From positions 4,788,578 to 4,852,577 of the forward strand of contig CP136572.1 in the NCBI GenBank assembly GCA_035193785.1: a DNA stretch of 64,000 bases, read 5' to 3'. This document shows, in pieces, positions 13,778 through 26,600 of this stretch. The stretch comes from Planktothrix sp. GU0601_MAG3 (GTDB lineage: Bacteria > Cyanobacteriota > Cyanobacteriia > Cyanobacteriales > Microcoleaceae). Below the pieces are notes generated by a model. It was given only the letters and a program-made list of their open reading frames with translations. It made no database searches and had not been told where the DNA came from. The position numbers and the translations under genes are program-made. How positions within the stretch are numbered: the first letter of the stretch is position 1; each line of letters starts with the position of its first letter.

Positions 13778-13960
13778 GAATATCTCCTTCCGCCTCCTCT
13801 AAAGAAGAGCAATTATTGTGATCAGTGAGCTTTAAGAAGTCAGGGTGCAGCGCTTCAAGCCTATAGCACAGGTGTTACGCGAACACTTGTCGGCAGGGGG
13901 TTCAGAGATAGACGCTCTCCGAATGGGGCTCGAAGGTGTCGCTGTCCCGCAGTAACTTCT

Positions 13961-14008
13961 ATAGATTAAGATCTATTAAGATCCAAAATTCCATGTATTT
14001 AAGTCTAT
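13961..14008. promoter_or_regulatory. NdhR/CcmR (LysR-type) operator upstream of sbtA
   Basis: Perfect ATAG-N8-CTAT at 13961-13976 and imperfect ATGT-N8-CTAT at 13993-14008. Confidence 0.75.
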
Positions 14009-14070
14009 CCTTAAATGAGCACAAACTTGCGATCGCTTTACATGGATATGCCAAATAAATTTCAAATTCA

Positions 14071-14164
14071 ACAGGACTTACGCAAAACAACCATATCTAG
14101 TAGGGGCGAACGGCCGTTCGCCCCTACAGATGGTGTATAATTGGGTATTCTGCGTAAGTCCTGT
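14071..14164. mobile_element. MITE-like element with ACAGGACTTACGCA terminal inverted repeats enclosing a GTAG REP
   Basis: ACAGGACTTACGCA (14071-14084) and TGCGTAAGTCCTGT (14151-14164); inner GTAGGGGCGAACGGCCGTTCGCCCCTAC (14100-14127); a further TIR-like copy TGTATAAGTCCT at 14293-14304. Confidence 0.75.
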
Positions 14165-14282
14165 TTTTAAAATTTCTGAATCCATAATTTTAACATCCTT
14201 TCTATTTCTTCTGTTGTGACCAACCCTTTTTTGGCGACACTGTTTATATCCTTTTCTAAAACTTCTTTTAGGATTCTATCAG

Positions 14283-14432
14283 CTAATCTTTTTGTATAAG
14301 TCCTAAGGAAAAATAACCCACTAATCCTACCGTAGCGGTAATTTGTACTACAAACGGTAAAATTAAAACCGTTCTTAATGGGAGTTTCCCTATAGTTTTA
14401 ACTACTAATTGATTCCAGGGTGGAAGTAACAT
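14283..14432 (-). pseudogene. Truncated 5' remnant of a Cache-domain sensor gene (49 aa)
   Basis: MLLPPWNQLVVKTIGKLPLRTVLILPFVVQITATVGLVGYFS resembles the typical first TM of cyanobacterial Cache/HAMP kinases and cyclases. Similarity stops at the TIR-like AGGACTTATACA. Confidence 0.6.
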
Positions 14433-14479
14433 TATTTTTATATAACCATACTATCAATGATAGTGAGGGAATACCTATT

Positions 14480-14560
14480 GGTGTCAACTTAAGCCAAAAA
14501 TCTCTGATTATAGCCAAGATTAGATCCCCCTAAATCCCCCTTTTTAAGGGGGACTTTGAA
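14480..14560. repeat. GGTGTCAACTTAAGC end plus CCCCC-N-GGGGG cyanobacterial dispersed palindrome
   Basis: GGTGTCAACTTAAGC at 14480; CCCCCTAAATCCCCCTTTTTAAGGGGGACT at ~14526-14555. Confidence 0.55.
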
Positions 14561-14653
14561 CTCTAATTCCCCGTCTTGATCCGGGTAGTGGGATCTCCCT
14601 CACTTCCTAGAATATACGGTTTAAATGCAGTATAACTTCTCAATACTGTCAGT

Positions 14654-15262
14654 TCAGTTTTGAGGAGAAGACGGAGCAAGTTCGGGTTCGGGAGATTGCA
14701 TCATTGTAGGAGAATTTTGATAGGATTTATTAGAGCTCATAGCAACTAAGGAAAACCCTAAATAGGCGGGTAAAATAATCGCAGTAATAAAAGCAAAAAC
14801 CGTTAACCAAGTCCCTAAATTATTAGATTTTCCATAGGTGGAACGATAGGGATCTTGCTTCATTTGATAGGGGTTTTCCTGATTTTCTAATCCTATTAAA
14901 CGTTTAAACCTAACCCTTCGGTCATCTAATTTTTCCACTAAAACCCAGCCCGTTTCTGCTTCTTCCTGACATAGCCGTTTAAAAACAGTTGGATTGCGAA
15001 ATACATCTTGACTGGCGCGGACAATCTTGTATTCCCATTCCCTGACCAAAGGTTCAGAGAATTCAGCATTAGAATATCCATTAGATTGTACGGATTTTGC
15101 ACGCATTTTTTTGATATCTTCCGAGTCGTAGCGAGTCAATGTTTCTTCCTCCTCCTGTTCTAATTCTAAATTAATTTGGATGGAACAGAGCCAGTTAGCG
15201 AGTAAAACCGCATCAATTCCTAGACTACTGACCATCAGACTTAATAGGGCAATTTCGCTCAT
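14654..15262 (-). CDS. Hypothetical membrane protein
   Basis: 202-aa ORF with a WEYKIVR...EEAETGWVLVEKLDDRRVRFKR core and a C-terminal TM; starts 3 bp after the repaired ribD stop. Confidence 0.8.
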   Translation of the reverse strand: MSEIALLSLMVSSLGIDAVLLANWLCSIQINLELEQEEEETLTRYDSEDIKKMRAKSVQSNGYSNAEFSEPLVREWEYKIVRASQDVFRNPTVFKRLCQEEAETGWVLVEKLDDRRVRFKRLIGLENQENPYQMKQDPYRSTYGKSNNLGTWLTVFAFITAIILPAYLGFSLVAMSSNKSYQNSPTMMQSPEPELAPSSPQN

Positions 15263-15264
15263 AA

Positions 15265-16354
15265 TTAAGCTGGAGATAAATAACCTTCAATCCACAAATC
15301 ACAACCCACAGAAACCCCAAGTCATTTTTTCTAATAAAAGTGCCTCGGTCATCTGAGTAAAACCCAAATCCCCCACCGGAGAAGGCGCCCCAGTTCCCCC
15401 AATAATTTTAGGGGCAATAAAGGCTAAAATTTTATGAATGCTGCCATCTTTGAGTGCATTGGCGGCCAGGGTTCCCCCACATTCCCACAACACTGATAAA
15501 AATTGACGTTCATAGAAATAATTCATGACTTGGGCGGGTGTCAAGGGCGATAATTCCGCGACCTCTACCCCCTTATTCCGTAGAAAATCTTGGAAATCTG
15601 GATTAACACCCTCCTCTGTTATAACTAAAGTTTTCGCCTCTTGAGTGTCCCATAAATGGGCTTGTTTGGGTAAATCCAAGGAGCGACTCATCACCACTCG
15701 CAAGGGGTTGGGCTCCCCAGCATCGTGGGTGGTCAGCAAGGGATTATCCCGTCGGACGGTATTTCCTCCGACAATTACCGCATCACAGGCGAGTCTTAAC
15801 TGATGAACTTTTTGTCGAGCTTCTGTTCCCGTCACCCAATAACTATGACCTGTTGTGGTGGCAATTTTTCCATCTAAGGTCATTGCATATTTCCAAATTC
15901 CTAGGGGTTGATGATGTAGAATTTGATGAATAAATGCCTCATTTAACCGTTGACAATCGGCCGTTTCTATGCCAACAATTACCTCAATTCCCGCATCTTT
16001 TAAGCGTTGAACCCCCGTACCTGAAACTAAGGGGTTAGGGTCAACCATGCCGACTATAACTTTAGCCACGTTGGCGGCAATTAGGGCCTCTGTACAGGGG
16101 GGAGTCCGACCAAAATGATTACAGGGTTCTAAGTTAATATATACCGTTGCTCCCTTGGCTTGTTCTCCGGCATTTCTCAGGGCAAAAACTTCGGCGTGGG
16201 GTTGACCCGCCCCCGGATGAAACCCTTCTCCAATAATTTTTCCGTCCTGAACAATCACACACCCTACTAAGGGATTAGGCGCGGTTTTTCCTAATGCTTG
16301 ACGGGCTAATTTCAAGCATTGCTGCATCATTTGTTGATCAAAATTTAAGGTCAT
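15265..16354 (-). CDS. ribD: Riboflavin biosynthesis deaminase/reductase RibD
   Basis: PNPLVG, HAE, LEPCNHFGRTPPC, KYAMTLDGK, ECGG. Repair at 15311 gives ...GSVGCDLWIEGYLSPA-stop at 15265. Confidence 0.97.
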
Positions 16355-16452
16355 AGGATAGCGATATTCAACCGAAAACGGGAAAGGAAATTGATCTTGA
16401 TGTAGGAATTGAGATGTTAGCTAGTATTTATTTATAAATTAGAATCGAGCGT

Positions 16453-17235
16453 TTATTCAGACCCAAGAATGTCAATGGGAGCAAACATATAGTGTTGAAT
16501 CGTTGATATTCCTGTTCGGGAAAAATAGACTAACCAACTGACAATTCCTAGAAACTTAGGGGTTTTTTCCATAAGATATTTTCCTGAAAATGCGGTATCA
16601 GAGATCAGGGTATCAATAATAATAGAAGTGGCAAACAAGCCAAATGCTAAAATCAAAAATAGATATTCTGTTCGTTTAATATGCTTTCTTAAATATACAG
16701 TATAAACAACAAATAAGCCAAAATAGGTGAGAAAAACAATACCTTCCAAAAGGTTAGATAGTAAGGGGCGATGAGTAAAACCTAGCAACCACTCCAGAGA
16801 TTCACCGATAGACTCATGGATTTGTAACAAATCATCTAAACCTAACCAGGTGCTAAAAATACCGGAAATCACAAAAAACTTGAACCATCGCTGATAGAAA
16901 CTTTCGTTTAATTGAGTTACAAAGGCGGTAAAAAAACAAATCCCCGCACTAGCAGTCCAAGCTAAAACACATAAATTAGAAATTAATCCGGTATAGGGCG
17001 ATAAATGGGCGATTTCAGCCGGGTCAGAAACTAAAACATAAGAGGTAAGACCCGCCATCTTACCTATAATTTCGGCAATAATAATTACCAAAGTAGCAAC
17101 AATATAAATCTTGACCATACTCGGCAATGCCGATTTTGCCTGCCTACGCAGGTTCAAAACTAAGTTCCCAAAATTGAATTCCATTTTCAAATACCCCCCT
17201 TGATTTTGCCAATTACTGAATTCCTGCCTCTGCAA
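16453..17235 (-). CDS. Hypothetical multi-pass membrane protein
   Basis: About 7 hydrophobic segments with an LDDLLQIHE motif; true start may be downstream of 17235. Confidence 0.7.
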   Translation of the reverse strand: MQRQEFSNWQNQGGYLKMEFNFGNLVLNLRRQAKSALPSMVKIYIVATLVIIIAEIIGKMAGLTSYVLVSDPAEIAHLSPYTGLISNLCVLAWTASAGICFFTAFVTQLNESFYQRWFKFFVISGIFSTWLGLDDLLQIHESIGESLEWLLGFTHRPLLSNLLEGIVFLTYFGLFVVYTVYLRKHIKRTEYLFLILAFGLFATSIIIDTLISDTAFSGKYLMEKTPKFLGIVSWLVYFSRTGISTIQHYMFAPIDILGSE

Positions 17236-17380
17236 TATTCGCTACCTATTGTTCTCGAGGCCAGCAATCGGACTTATTTTAACTTAAGTTTAAGTTTAGG
17301 TTAAGAACCCTTAATATAAAGTTAAATTTCTAGGGAGATATCTCGATGTTGCCCCTTTCAAACCCTCAATAATTGTTGAG

Positions 17381-18353
17381 TTAAACTATTCGCGGGTCAC
17401 GACGGGCTAATTGCTTTTTCAAACTTTGAATCACTGAATTAGAAAGCTCTCCAGGCAATACTCGTTTGATGAGCAATTTAATAATTAACTTTTGAACATA
17501 ACTTTCCCCAAGAATTGCGGGATAGAGTGTGACAGCCTGCCATAATTTTGCCTGGGCATAATCAAGTCCCTTGGCATCCGTATCATAGGCTAAACATAAA
17601 TCGGCTAGGTATCGATACAGAAAAGCCAAACTGCGATTTTTAAGCGGTTGTAATTCTGGGGGAGCCACCTGATAGGCTCGTTCCAAAGCGCGTAAACCTT
17701 CTTTTTCCATCGAGTCTACTTTAGAACTCATGGAAACCCGCCACTTTTCGATACAAAATTTGGGGTTTAGGAACAACGGCAAACTGAAATTTAGCAGCCA
17801 CTCGCAAACAAAAATCCCAGTCAGAAAAGACCAGATTTGGTTCATATCCACCGACAACATCAATCACTTCCCGACGCACCAAAATATTAGAACCACTGCC
17901 AATAAAATTACCTAATAATAAATCAGGATAAATATTTCCCTCCACCGTTGATTCAGTCCCTTGAACAAAGGAAATAGATTCTCCATCATCCATCATATTC
18001 ACCGTCCAACTATAGACGGCACTGGCTTGGGGATTTTTTTCTAAGGCGGCAATCTGTAACTCTAATTTATCTTCTGTCCACAAATCATCGTTATCAATAA
18101 AGGCAATAAATTCACCTTTTGCCTGTTCAATACCCCGATTTCGAGCTACAGAAACCCCACCATTAGGATAGGCAAAGACCTGTACCCGTGGGTCAGTAAT
18201 TTGTTTAACTACCTCTACGGTTTTATCTTTAGAACCATCATCAATCACTAGCACTTCAAAGTCTGAAAGCGTTTGTTTCTGGATAGATTCGATGGTTTCT
18301 ACAATAGTATTTTCCGCATTATAAGCCGGAATAATTACAGAAACTTTCGGCAT
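17381..18353 (-). CDS. Glycosyltransferase family 2
   Basis: MPKVSVIIPAYN, IDDGSKD, FIDNDD, DWDF. Apparent +1 at 17733. Confidence 0.92.
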
Positions 18354-18463
18354 AAATTCCCCCAATAAATCAATTAATTATCAGCCCCAATATCTATAAA
18401 AGAGGAGAATAAAATTGCTAATTCTCCTCTAGTTTCTTAAAAATCACGAGTGAATTTTCCGGG

Positions 18464-19613
18464 TTATTTAATGATTTTGTAAACCGCTTCAATCACATCC
18501 GCAACATCTTGATCTGTTAATTTGGGAGAAATGGGTAAACTCACAGTCTCCCGTCCTACTTTCATCGCACTGGGATAATCTTCGGGTTTCCAACCAAAGG
18601 TACGTTGATAGTAGGGATGTTCAGCAATGCTTAGATAATGTACTCCAACCCCAATTTTTTCAGCCGTCATCGCATCCAAAAATTCATCCCGTTTAATTCC
18701 TGTTTTTTCCTGATCAATCATAATTGTATATAAATGATAGGCGTGACGAGTTTCCGGTTCAATATCTGCGGGTAATTTTAACGGTAAATTGGCAAACGCT
18801 TCATTATATTTTTGCCAGATTTCCTGGCGACGTAACCAACTTTCTTCCACTCGGGCTAATTGATGAATTCCGATAGCTGCTTGAACATCTGTCATGTTAT
18901 ATTTAAACCCGCACTCATCCACGAAATAATGCTTAAATCCCGCATCAGAAAAGCGTTGCCAAGCATGGCGAGTCATCCCATGTAACCCTAAGACTTCAAT
19001 GCGTTTCAATTCGATCTTTATCAGAACAAATTACCATTCCTCCCTCACCGGTAATTACATTTTTGGTGACATAAAAACTGAACACTCCAAAATCTCCAAA
19101 GGTGCCCGCTTTTTTGCCTTTATATTCGGTTTCAATGGCATGGGCGCAGTCTTCAATTACGGCTAAATTATGCCGCTGGGCAATGTCCATAATCGCCTCC
19201 ATATTACAGGCGCGACCGGCAAAATGAACGGGTAAAATCGCCTTAGTCCGGGGGGTAATTTTTGACTCTATGGCTTCAGGATCAAGATTAAATGTGTCGG
19301 GGTTAATATCCACAATCACCGGAGTTGCCCCACTATGAATAATGGCATTTACCGTGGCACAAAATGTCATGGATGTGGTGATAATTTCATCCCCAGGTTC
19401 TAACTTTAAGGCAACACAGGAAAGATGTAATCCTGCCGTGCAAGAATTCAGCGCGGCGGCATAGGGAACTCCTTTATAAGCCGCAAAATCCTCTTGAAAT
19501 CGCTTCACTTTAGGGCCAGTTCCCAGCCAGCCGGACTTCAAACTATCGACGACTTCATCAATTTCGGCTTGATGGATTTGAGGGGAAGCAAAAACTAGAA
19601 ATGTTTCTCTCAT
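18464..19613 (-). CDS. DegT/DnrJ/EryC1/StrS sugar aminotransferase
   Basis: NSCTAGLH, IEDCAH, FSFYVTKN (PLP lysine), GEGG. Apparent +1 at 19003. Confidence 0.95.
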
Positions 19614-20184
19614 TTTTTTTAGTCTAGTAGTAAATTACCATAAACAACAAAGGCTCATTTTTCTTAACGAAAAACCAAAGTTGGCTATGAACACCCTGAA
19701 ATTTAGCACCCCAACTTTTGGTTTTAATCGTAGTCATAATAGCAATTCTTGAAAATGGTCATTATCACTTGCTTGATTCTAATAATGATAGGTTGAGACA
19801 AAGTTAAATTCATCTGCCCAAACATAGTACATTTTCCTTAGCTTGTCAATTGCACTGGAAAAATGATAGGATGGCAAGCGCCAATGAGTTGTTATGATTC
19901 AAGGCGGATATGAAGCAACCCAGAGTATTATCCCTGTTAACTATTCCCTATTATAAGAAAGCTATTGACATTAATTTAATGAGATTGCGATATGCTGTTT
20001 TTGATACAAAAAAATTGGTATTAGGGGTTTAAATGTTACAATAATGCGAAATAATTAGGGAAAAACAGAGAACATTAAGGCAGATGATACAAATGGAATT
20101 ATCCCATTAACTTAAAAGGTAGCCTTTCTTAACAGTTGCATCTACTGTTTTAACTTGAAACCCATTTCTGTAGGAAGTACAAAC

Positions 20185-21259
20185 ATGGATATTAATATTG
20201 GGATCTTAGCTTACAATGAGGCTGTTACTATCCCTAAAATGCTGGATTCCTTATTCAAACAAACCCTATTCACCCAGCCCCGTTCTGATTTGGATATTGA
20301 AATTTGTGTTATTCCTAATGCCTGTACCGATCAAACAGCCAGCATTGCCGCCACAACCTTAGAAAATCTGGTCAAGCCAGATATTCACACCCACGTTAAA
20401 TGGTCTATTTATGAAATAGAAACGCCCAGGAAAATCTAATGCTTGGAATGAATTTGTGCATCATTATTCCAATCCCAATGCGGACTATTTATTTTTAATG
20501 GATGCTGATATTATTATTCTCGATCCCCAAACCCTGACCTCCATGCTGCAACTGTTAGAAACCAGTTCAGAAACCTATGTAGCAATGGATCGACAAATTA
20601 AAGATGTTAGCTTAAAACCTAATAAAAACCTTTTAGAATTGCTGTCGGTGAAGGTCTCTAGTTTATCAGGAAATAATGCGGGAGAACTGCAACCGGTTTG
20701 GCTTTGTGGTCAACTTTACCTAGCCCGCGCTCATATTCTCCGTCGAATTTGGCTACCCACAACCCTGCCGACTCAAGACAGTTTTTTATATAGTATGATT
20801 GTCACCAATGGTTTCAAAGAAGAAGAACAACCCAAGCGCGTAATTCAAGCCCCATCGGCTTCCCATATCTTTGAAGCCTATACCAATATTCGGAGTTTAC
20901 TCCGCCATCAAAAATGGTTAATGATCGGACAAATAGTTGGTAAACTGGTTTCTGAGTCCTTCTTAAATCGGGCAGATCAAGAGGATATTGGAACAATGAT
21001 TAAAAACAATAATCAAAGAGATCCTTTATGGCTGGATGAGATGGTTCAAAAGATGATTGCTAATAAAGGTTGGTGGTTAATTCCCGATGTGATTTTGACT
21101 CGAAGATTTAAAAGTTTGGCGAATAAATCCTTTTTGAAAGCTATATTATTTTTCCCCTTAGCTTGTGTTGCTTTTGGGGTCGATTTATGGGTAGCATTTC
21201 AAGCAAATTCTGCACTTCATAAAGGAGAAGCCCTGGGTCATTGGAAGAAAAATCAATAG
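20185..21259 (+). CDS. Glycosyltransferase family 2
   Basis: IGILAYNE, NACTD, repaired ERPGKSNAWN, MDAD DxD motif. Apparent +1 at 20419. Confidence 0.88.
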
Positions 21260-21342
21260 GGGGAATTAGCGTTGACACTCAAAATATGAGTTAAAATTGG
21301 TGTATGATTTCCTTTAGTAAGTGCTAATTTAATCATCGAGCC

Positions 21343-23620
21343 ATGAAAACCATCAAAAATTGGCGATTAGGCCGCGAGCAATTAACCTTAGCAATTTTAA
21401 CCTTTTTGAGTGTCATTTTTATGCAAAATATGTTCACTGCTTCCGAACAACAGCCACCCTGTTCACCTACGCCAGAATTTTCGATATTTAAGACATCTAC
21501 CGGGGAAAATTATCAATGGACTAACCTCAGAATGGGGGGAGGAGGATTTGTAACTGGAATAGTAATTCATCCCACAATTCCTAATTTAATTTATGCTAGA
21601 ACTGATGTTGGTGGATTATATCGTTGGCAACCGGAAAAACAAACCTGGACACAACTGATCAAATCAGATACTGTGCCTCAAGAAGTGCCATTAAATATTG
21701 AAAGTGTAGCTCTTGATCCCCAAAATCCTAATATTGTTTATGCGGCGATCAGAGCCTACACTCAATCTAATAATAAATTAAAACCTGGTATTCTCTTAAA
21801 ATCAGAAAATCAAGGACAATCTTGGAAAGTTCTGAACTTGACCGTGCCCATGGGAGGAAATGAATTTTGGCGCTGGACGGGGGAACGTTTAGCGGTTGAT
21901 CCTAAAAATAGTAATATTGTTTATTTTGGTTCCCGTTTGAATGGACTTTGGTATAGTCAAAATGGCGGAGAATCTTGGAATCAAATTAACTCGGAACAAG
22001 TCCCTATTGGTGAAGCACACCCGGAAACCAATCAAAAAGCTGGGGTAAGTTTTGTGACTTTTGACCCAACAGCAGAAATCCTAGAGGGAAAAACAAAAAT
22101 TATCTATGTGGGAGTTGCCGGAAAGGGAGTTTATCGCAGTCAAAATGCGGGTCAAACTTGGGAATTATTGCCGCACAGTTTTGATGTTAAATTAGTCCCT
22201 CAACAGGGCGTTGTCAATCGCAAAGGTGAATTAATTGTTACTTTTTACCATAGCCAAAAACAACCCGATGGTAAGGTACTTAAATACACGAATAATATCT
22301 GGGAAAATATTACCCCCAAACCGGGAGTCAACTATTCTCCCGTAGCTGTCGATCCCCAAAAACCCGATACTATTTTTGTCAGTAGTTATCCCATGACCCC
22401 TAATGATATTTATCGTTCAACCGATGGGGGAAAACAGTGGACGAGCTTAAAAAATCAATTAAATAAAGTTTCTTGGTGGCCCGATTGGAGTTTTTATACT
22501 TTAATTGGTACGATCGCAATTTCCCCGCAAAATTCCAATCAAGTTTGGTTAACTAATGGGTTCGGAATCTGGAAAACCGAAGACGGATCAAAAGATCAAA
22601 TTACCTGGTCAGGAACGGTGAATGGATTAGAGGAAACCGTAGCTTTTGATGCGGTAAGTCTTCCAGGAGATAATGGTGTAATTACGGCGATCGCTGATTT
22701 AGATGGAGTTCGCAATGACTCTTTTTGTGAAGTTCCCAAAACCTCCCATGCTCAAGGAGTATTCAATACCACAACCCAATTAGCCTATAGTTTTAATTCT
22801 CCTAATTTTGTCGTTTCCGTGGGAGCAAATCATCACGAACCCTATAAAATCAGAGCCGGATTTTCTCAAGATCATGGCAGAACTTGGCAGCAATTTGACT
22901 CAATCAAAAATAAAACCCATCCGGCGGAATTAGTCTTTGGCAATGTAGCGGTTTCTGCAACAAATCCCGATAATATTATTTGGCAACCCACCCAGGATAA
23001 GTTACCCTACTACACAAAAGATCGGGGGAAAACCTGGAATAAAATTGATTTTTTTGCACAAGAAACCATCGGAGGTGGTGCCCATACCCATCTCTGGAAC
23101 CGACAACAATCCTTAGCGGCGGACTCCTTACAAGCAGATACATTTTATATTTATCATCACCGTCCAGGGTATTTCCTCCGCAGCAAAAATGGGGGAGAAA
23201 CCTGGGAAATTGCCAATCAAACCTTACCTAGCGGCGTCTGGAATGGTGCTAACGTCAAAACCGTCCCCGGAATCGCGGGGGAAGTTTGGGTGAGTCTCAA
23301 AGAAAAAGGAATCTATCGCTCCAAGGACTTTGGACAAAATTTTAGTCCCCTAGCTGGGGTTGAGGAAGCTCAGGTTTTAACCTTTGGCAAAGCCGCCCCC
23401 GGGACAAACTATCCGACCGTGTTTATTCAGGGACGCATCAAGGGTGAACGCGGTGTTTTTCGTTTCCATTGATGCGGGTCAAACTTGGGTGAGAATTGCC
23501 GACTATCCGATGCGCTCCTTTGCTGAAGCAATGGTGATTGTCGGGGATATGAATAGTTTTGGCCGGGTGTTTATTGGAACTGGGGGAAATGGGTTTATTT
23601 ATGGACAACCATCACCCTAA
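21343..23620 (+). CDS. Secreted BNR/Asp-box beta-propeller glycoside hydrolase, GH74 (xyloglucanase)-like
   Basis: N-terminal hydrophobic segment; GGGGFVTG...YARTDVGG (first catalytic Asp), MGGNE...GERLAVDP, AIADLDG (second Asp), many SxDGGxTW boxes. Apparent +1 at 23462. Confidence 0.85.
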
Positions 23621-23694
23621 TTTGATATTTCTGCCTTGAATAAAGCAAAATGACTTTATGGTGACATCAATCAAATTGTGTCAAAATCGAAGTC

Positions 23695-26600
23695 ATGCTA
23701 ATCTACACGACCCCGACATTCGACGTACAAGCAAAACAGCAAGGAATCCAGAGTCAAGTGGCGGAATTACTCGTCACCCTCAAGACTCAGGGGACAGTGG
23801 CGGTACAGGCGCTGTTTGAGTGGAATTATCCCTACTTAAAACGACCCGTGCGCAACTTGCGTTTGCTAGGAAAAATTCTCTGGGCAAATAATGACCCCAT
23901 TTTATGTTTATTGGCGGTTTTTCCCCGGGGAGGAAACGAGTATGAGGCATTTTTAAGAAATCCAGATGACTATGGTATCAGTCATCTGGATTCGTTAATT
24001 GATCCCAAGGAATTAGAAAATAGTATTCATGCTCAACGGGAAGAACAAAAAGCCTTTCCCCGTCGTCCCAGTTTGCCCGAAGATTTACGTCAAATTTGGT
24101 TAAAAGGGCCAGATTGGATTAAAAATACCACCGATGCGGTGATTTGTGAAAGTGAAATTTGGGTCACACAATTTAAACAACCAGACACTCAACTACAATG
24201 GCGAACCTATTATGACATTGTGGATGGTTTGGTGGAGAAAAAGTCAGGAATTGAAACCACAACCACTGACTTTTTAGGGGTTGAAATTGCCGGGCAACCG
24301 GAGCAAAATCGTTATATTATTTATAGTTGGATTCTCACCTCCGATACTCCCAACCGTAGCGTTTTATTTTTACTTTCTACCTTTGATCATTATCCCAATT
24401 CCCAGGATATTCTGGAAGTCGGTCAAATCACCCGTCTGTTTAATTCTACCTCGGAAGAAACCTCAGAAAACCCCAATCACAGTAATATTTTAGCCCAGGA
24501 ATTAACCTTAGAGGATTTAGCCCGTTATACCCGACGCTCCTATCCCGATTATTTATTAGGAGATTCGGAAATTTGGTTAGAAATTGAGCAGGAATTTGGG
24601 ATTAATTGGGCTTTATCAATGGAGGAAGAAAAAATTCTCCATGAATTATCTACCCCGGAAATTAGCAATAGTTCCCTACCAGTTTTTATTAATGGAAGGG
24701 CGGGAAGTGGTAAATCAACCATGTTATTTTATTTGTTTGCCGATTATTGTTATCGCTATCAAAAATATTATTTACAACATCGTCAACGATTAAACTCCGT
24801 GCCCCATCCTTTGTTTTTAACCTATAATGAACAATTATTAGGGAAAGCCAAGGAAGGGGTAAAAAAACTTCTCAAAAGTCACCATAAATTTTTATTAGAA
24901 ACCGATGGACAGGGAAATAAACCCTCAATTGATATTTGTTTTAAATCCTTTCAACAATTTTTATTAAGTTTACTTCCTCCAGAAGAAAGCGATAAATTTG
25001 ATCCCGATAAATATATTAGTTTCCATGATTTTAGGCAACGGTGTAGCCGTCGATATAGTCGTTATTCCCCCGAACTTTGTTGGCATATTATTAGAACTTT
25101 TATCAAAGGTTATACCCTAACCGGACAAAATGAAGGGTATATGACCCCCGATGATTATGAAGAAATACCCCGACGAGAACGGAGTTTATCCCTGGATATT
25201 TTTCAAGCTATTTATCGGCAGGTTTGGCCGTGGTATTATCAATTAACCACCCGCGAAAGCCATTGGGATGATCAGGATTTAATTAGAAAAGTTTTACAAT
25301 TTAGTGGGGATAATTTACCCGTTTATACGGCTATTTTCTGCGATGAAGCCCAGGATTTTACCAGTTTAGAAACTGCGTTTAATTATGCAGTTATCAATAT
25401 TTTCCCGTTGTGATTTATACCCCCCGGTTTGGTGTTTACCCTTTGCCTTTGCGGGTGATCCATTTCAGACCTTAAACCCCACGGGATTTCGCTGGGAAAG
25501 CGTCAAGGCGACCTTTTTTGATCAAGTGATTGCCGCCCTTGACCCAACCCGAAAACTTAATTTAACCATGACTTTTTATGAGCTTGAATCTAATTATAGA
25601 TCAAGTCCTTCTATTGTCAAAGTCACGAATTTAATTCATCTATGGCGACATATTTTATTTAAAATTCAAGAGTTAAGACCCCAGGAGTCTTGGCAATCTT
25701 ATATGGAGTCTCCCACCCCGCAAAAGTTTATTTTTGAACAGAATAATTTTTCCGCCGACTCCCTGAAACAACATATTGAAAAATCCCCGATTTTTATTGT
25801 TCCCTGTGAAGCGGGAGGGGAGTTAGACTATATTAGACGAGATGAATTTTTATCCCCTTTATTTCCCGACGCCACGGAAGAACATCCTCCTAAGAATATT
25901 TTAAGTGCAATTCAAGCAAAAGGATTAGAATTTCCTTTAGTTATTTTATATAAATTTGGGGATCAATTTGCCAGGGAATTTAATAAAAAACCTTTAATTG
26001 ATTATGTTCAAGGGACGGGGAATCACCCATTAGAATTAGAATACTTTTTTAATAAACTTTATGTCGCAGCTAGTCGAGGAATGTCGGATTTAGTAATTAT
26101 TGATACGGAAATTGGCGATCGCTGTTTATGGCAATATGCGACGGTTGAAAGATTAGTCGAAACCCCATCATTCAATTATCATAAATATTGGTTAAGTCAA
26201 GTTAACAAACCGGAGCATTGGCAAACCTATATTGGAGGAGTCCGTTGGGGGGATAATTTAGATGGATTACAACGGGATAACCGCGCCTCCCAAGCCCAAA
26301 AATTTGAAGAAAATGGTCGGAATCAAAAAAATGCCGCCGACCTGCGACGGGCGAAACAATTTTATCGAGAATTAGGACATTTAGAAAAAGCTGATTTATG
26401 TGAAGCCTTTGCCTTAAAATTCGATAAACGGTTTCGAGAAGCGGGGCGTTTATTCCTGAAAAGAAGTCAGGAATTAGAGGCGTGGGAGTGTTTCTGGGAT
26501 GGAATGTGTTGGCAAGCTTTGGCGGAATGGTATCGTCAATTTCCCCAGAAAAAAACTATAGAAAAACCCTTGGTTGAATTTATGGCACAAACGGCAAAAA

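Noticed and set aside
14283..14432. Dedicated small regulatory membrane protein of the sbt operon
   Set aside because: The sequence looks like a sensor N-terminus broken at a TIR; nothing else supports an sbt role.
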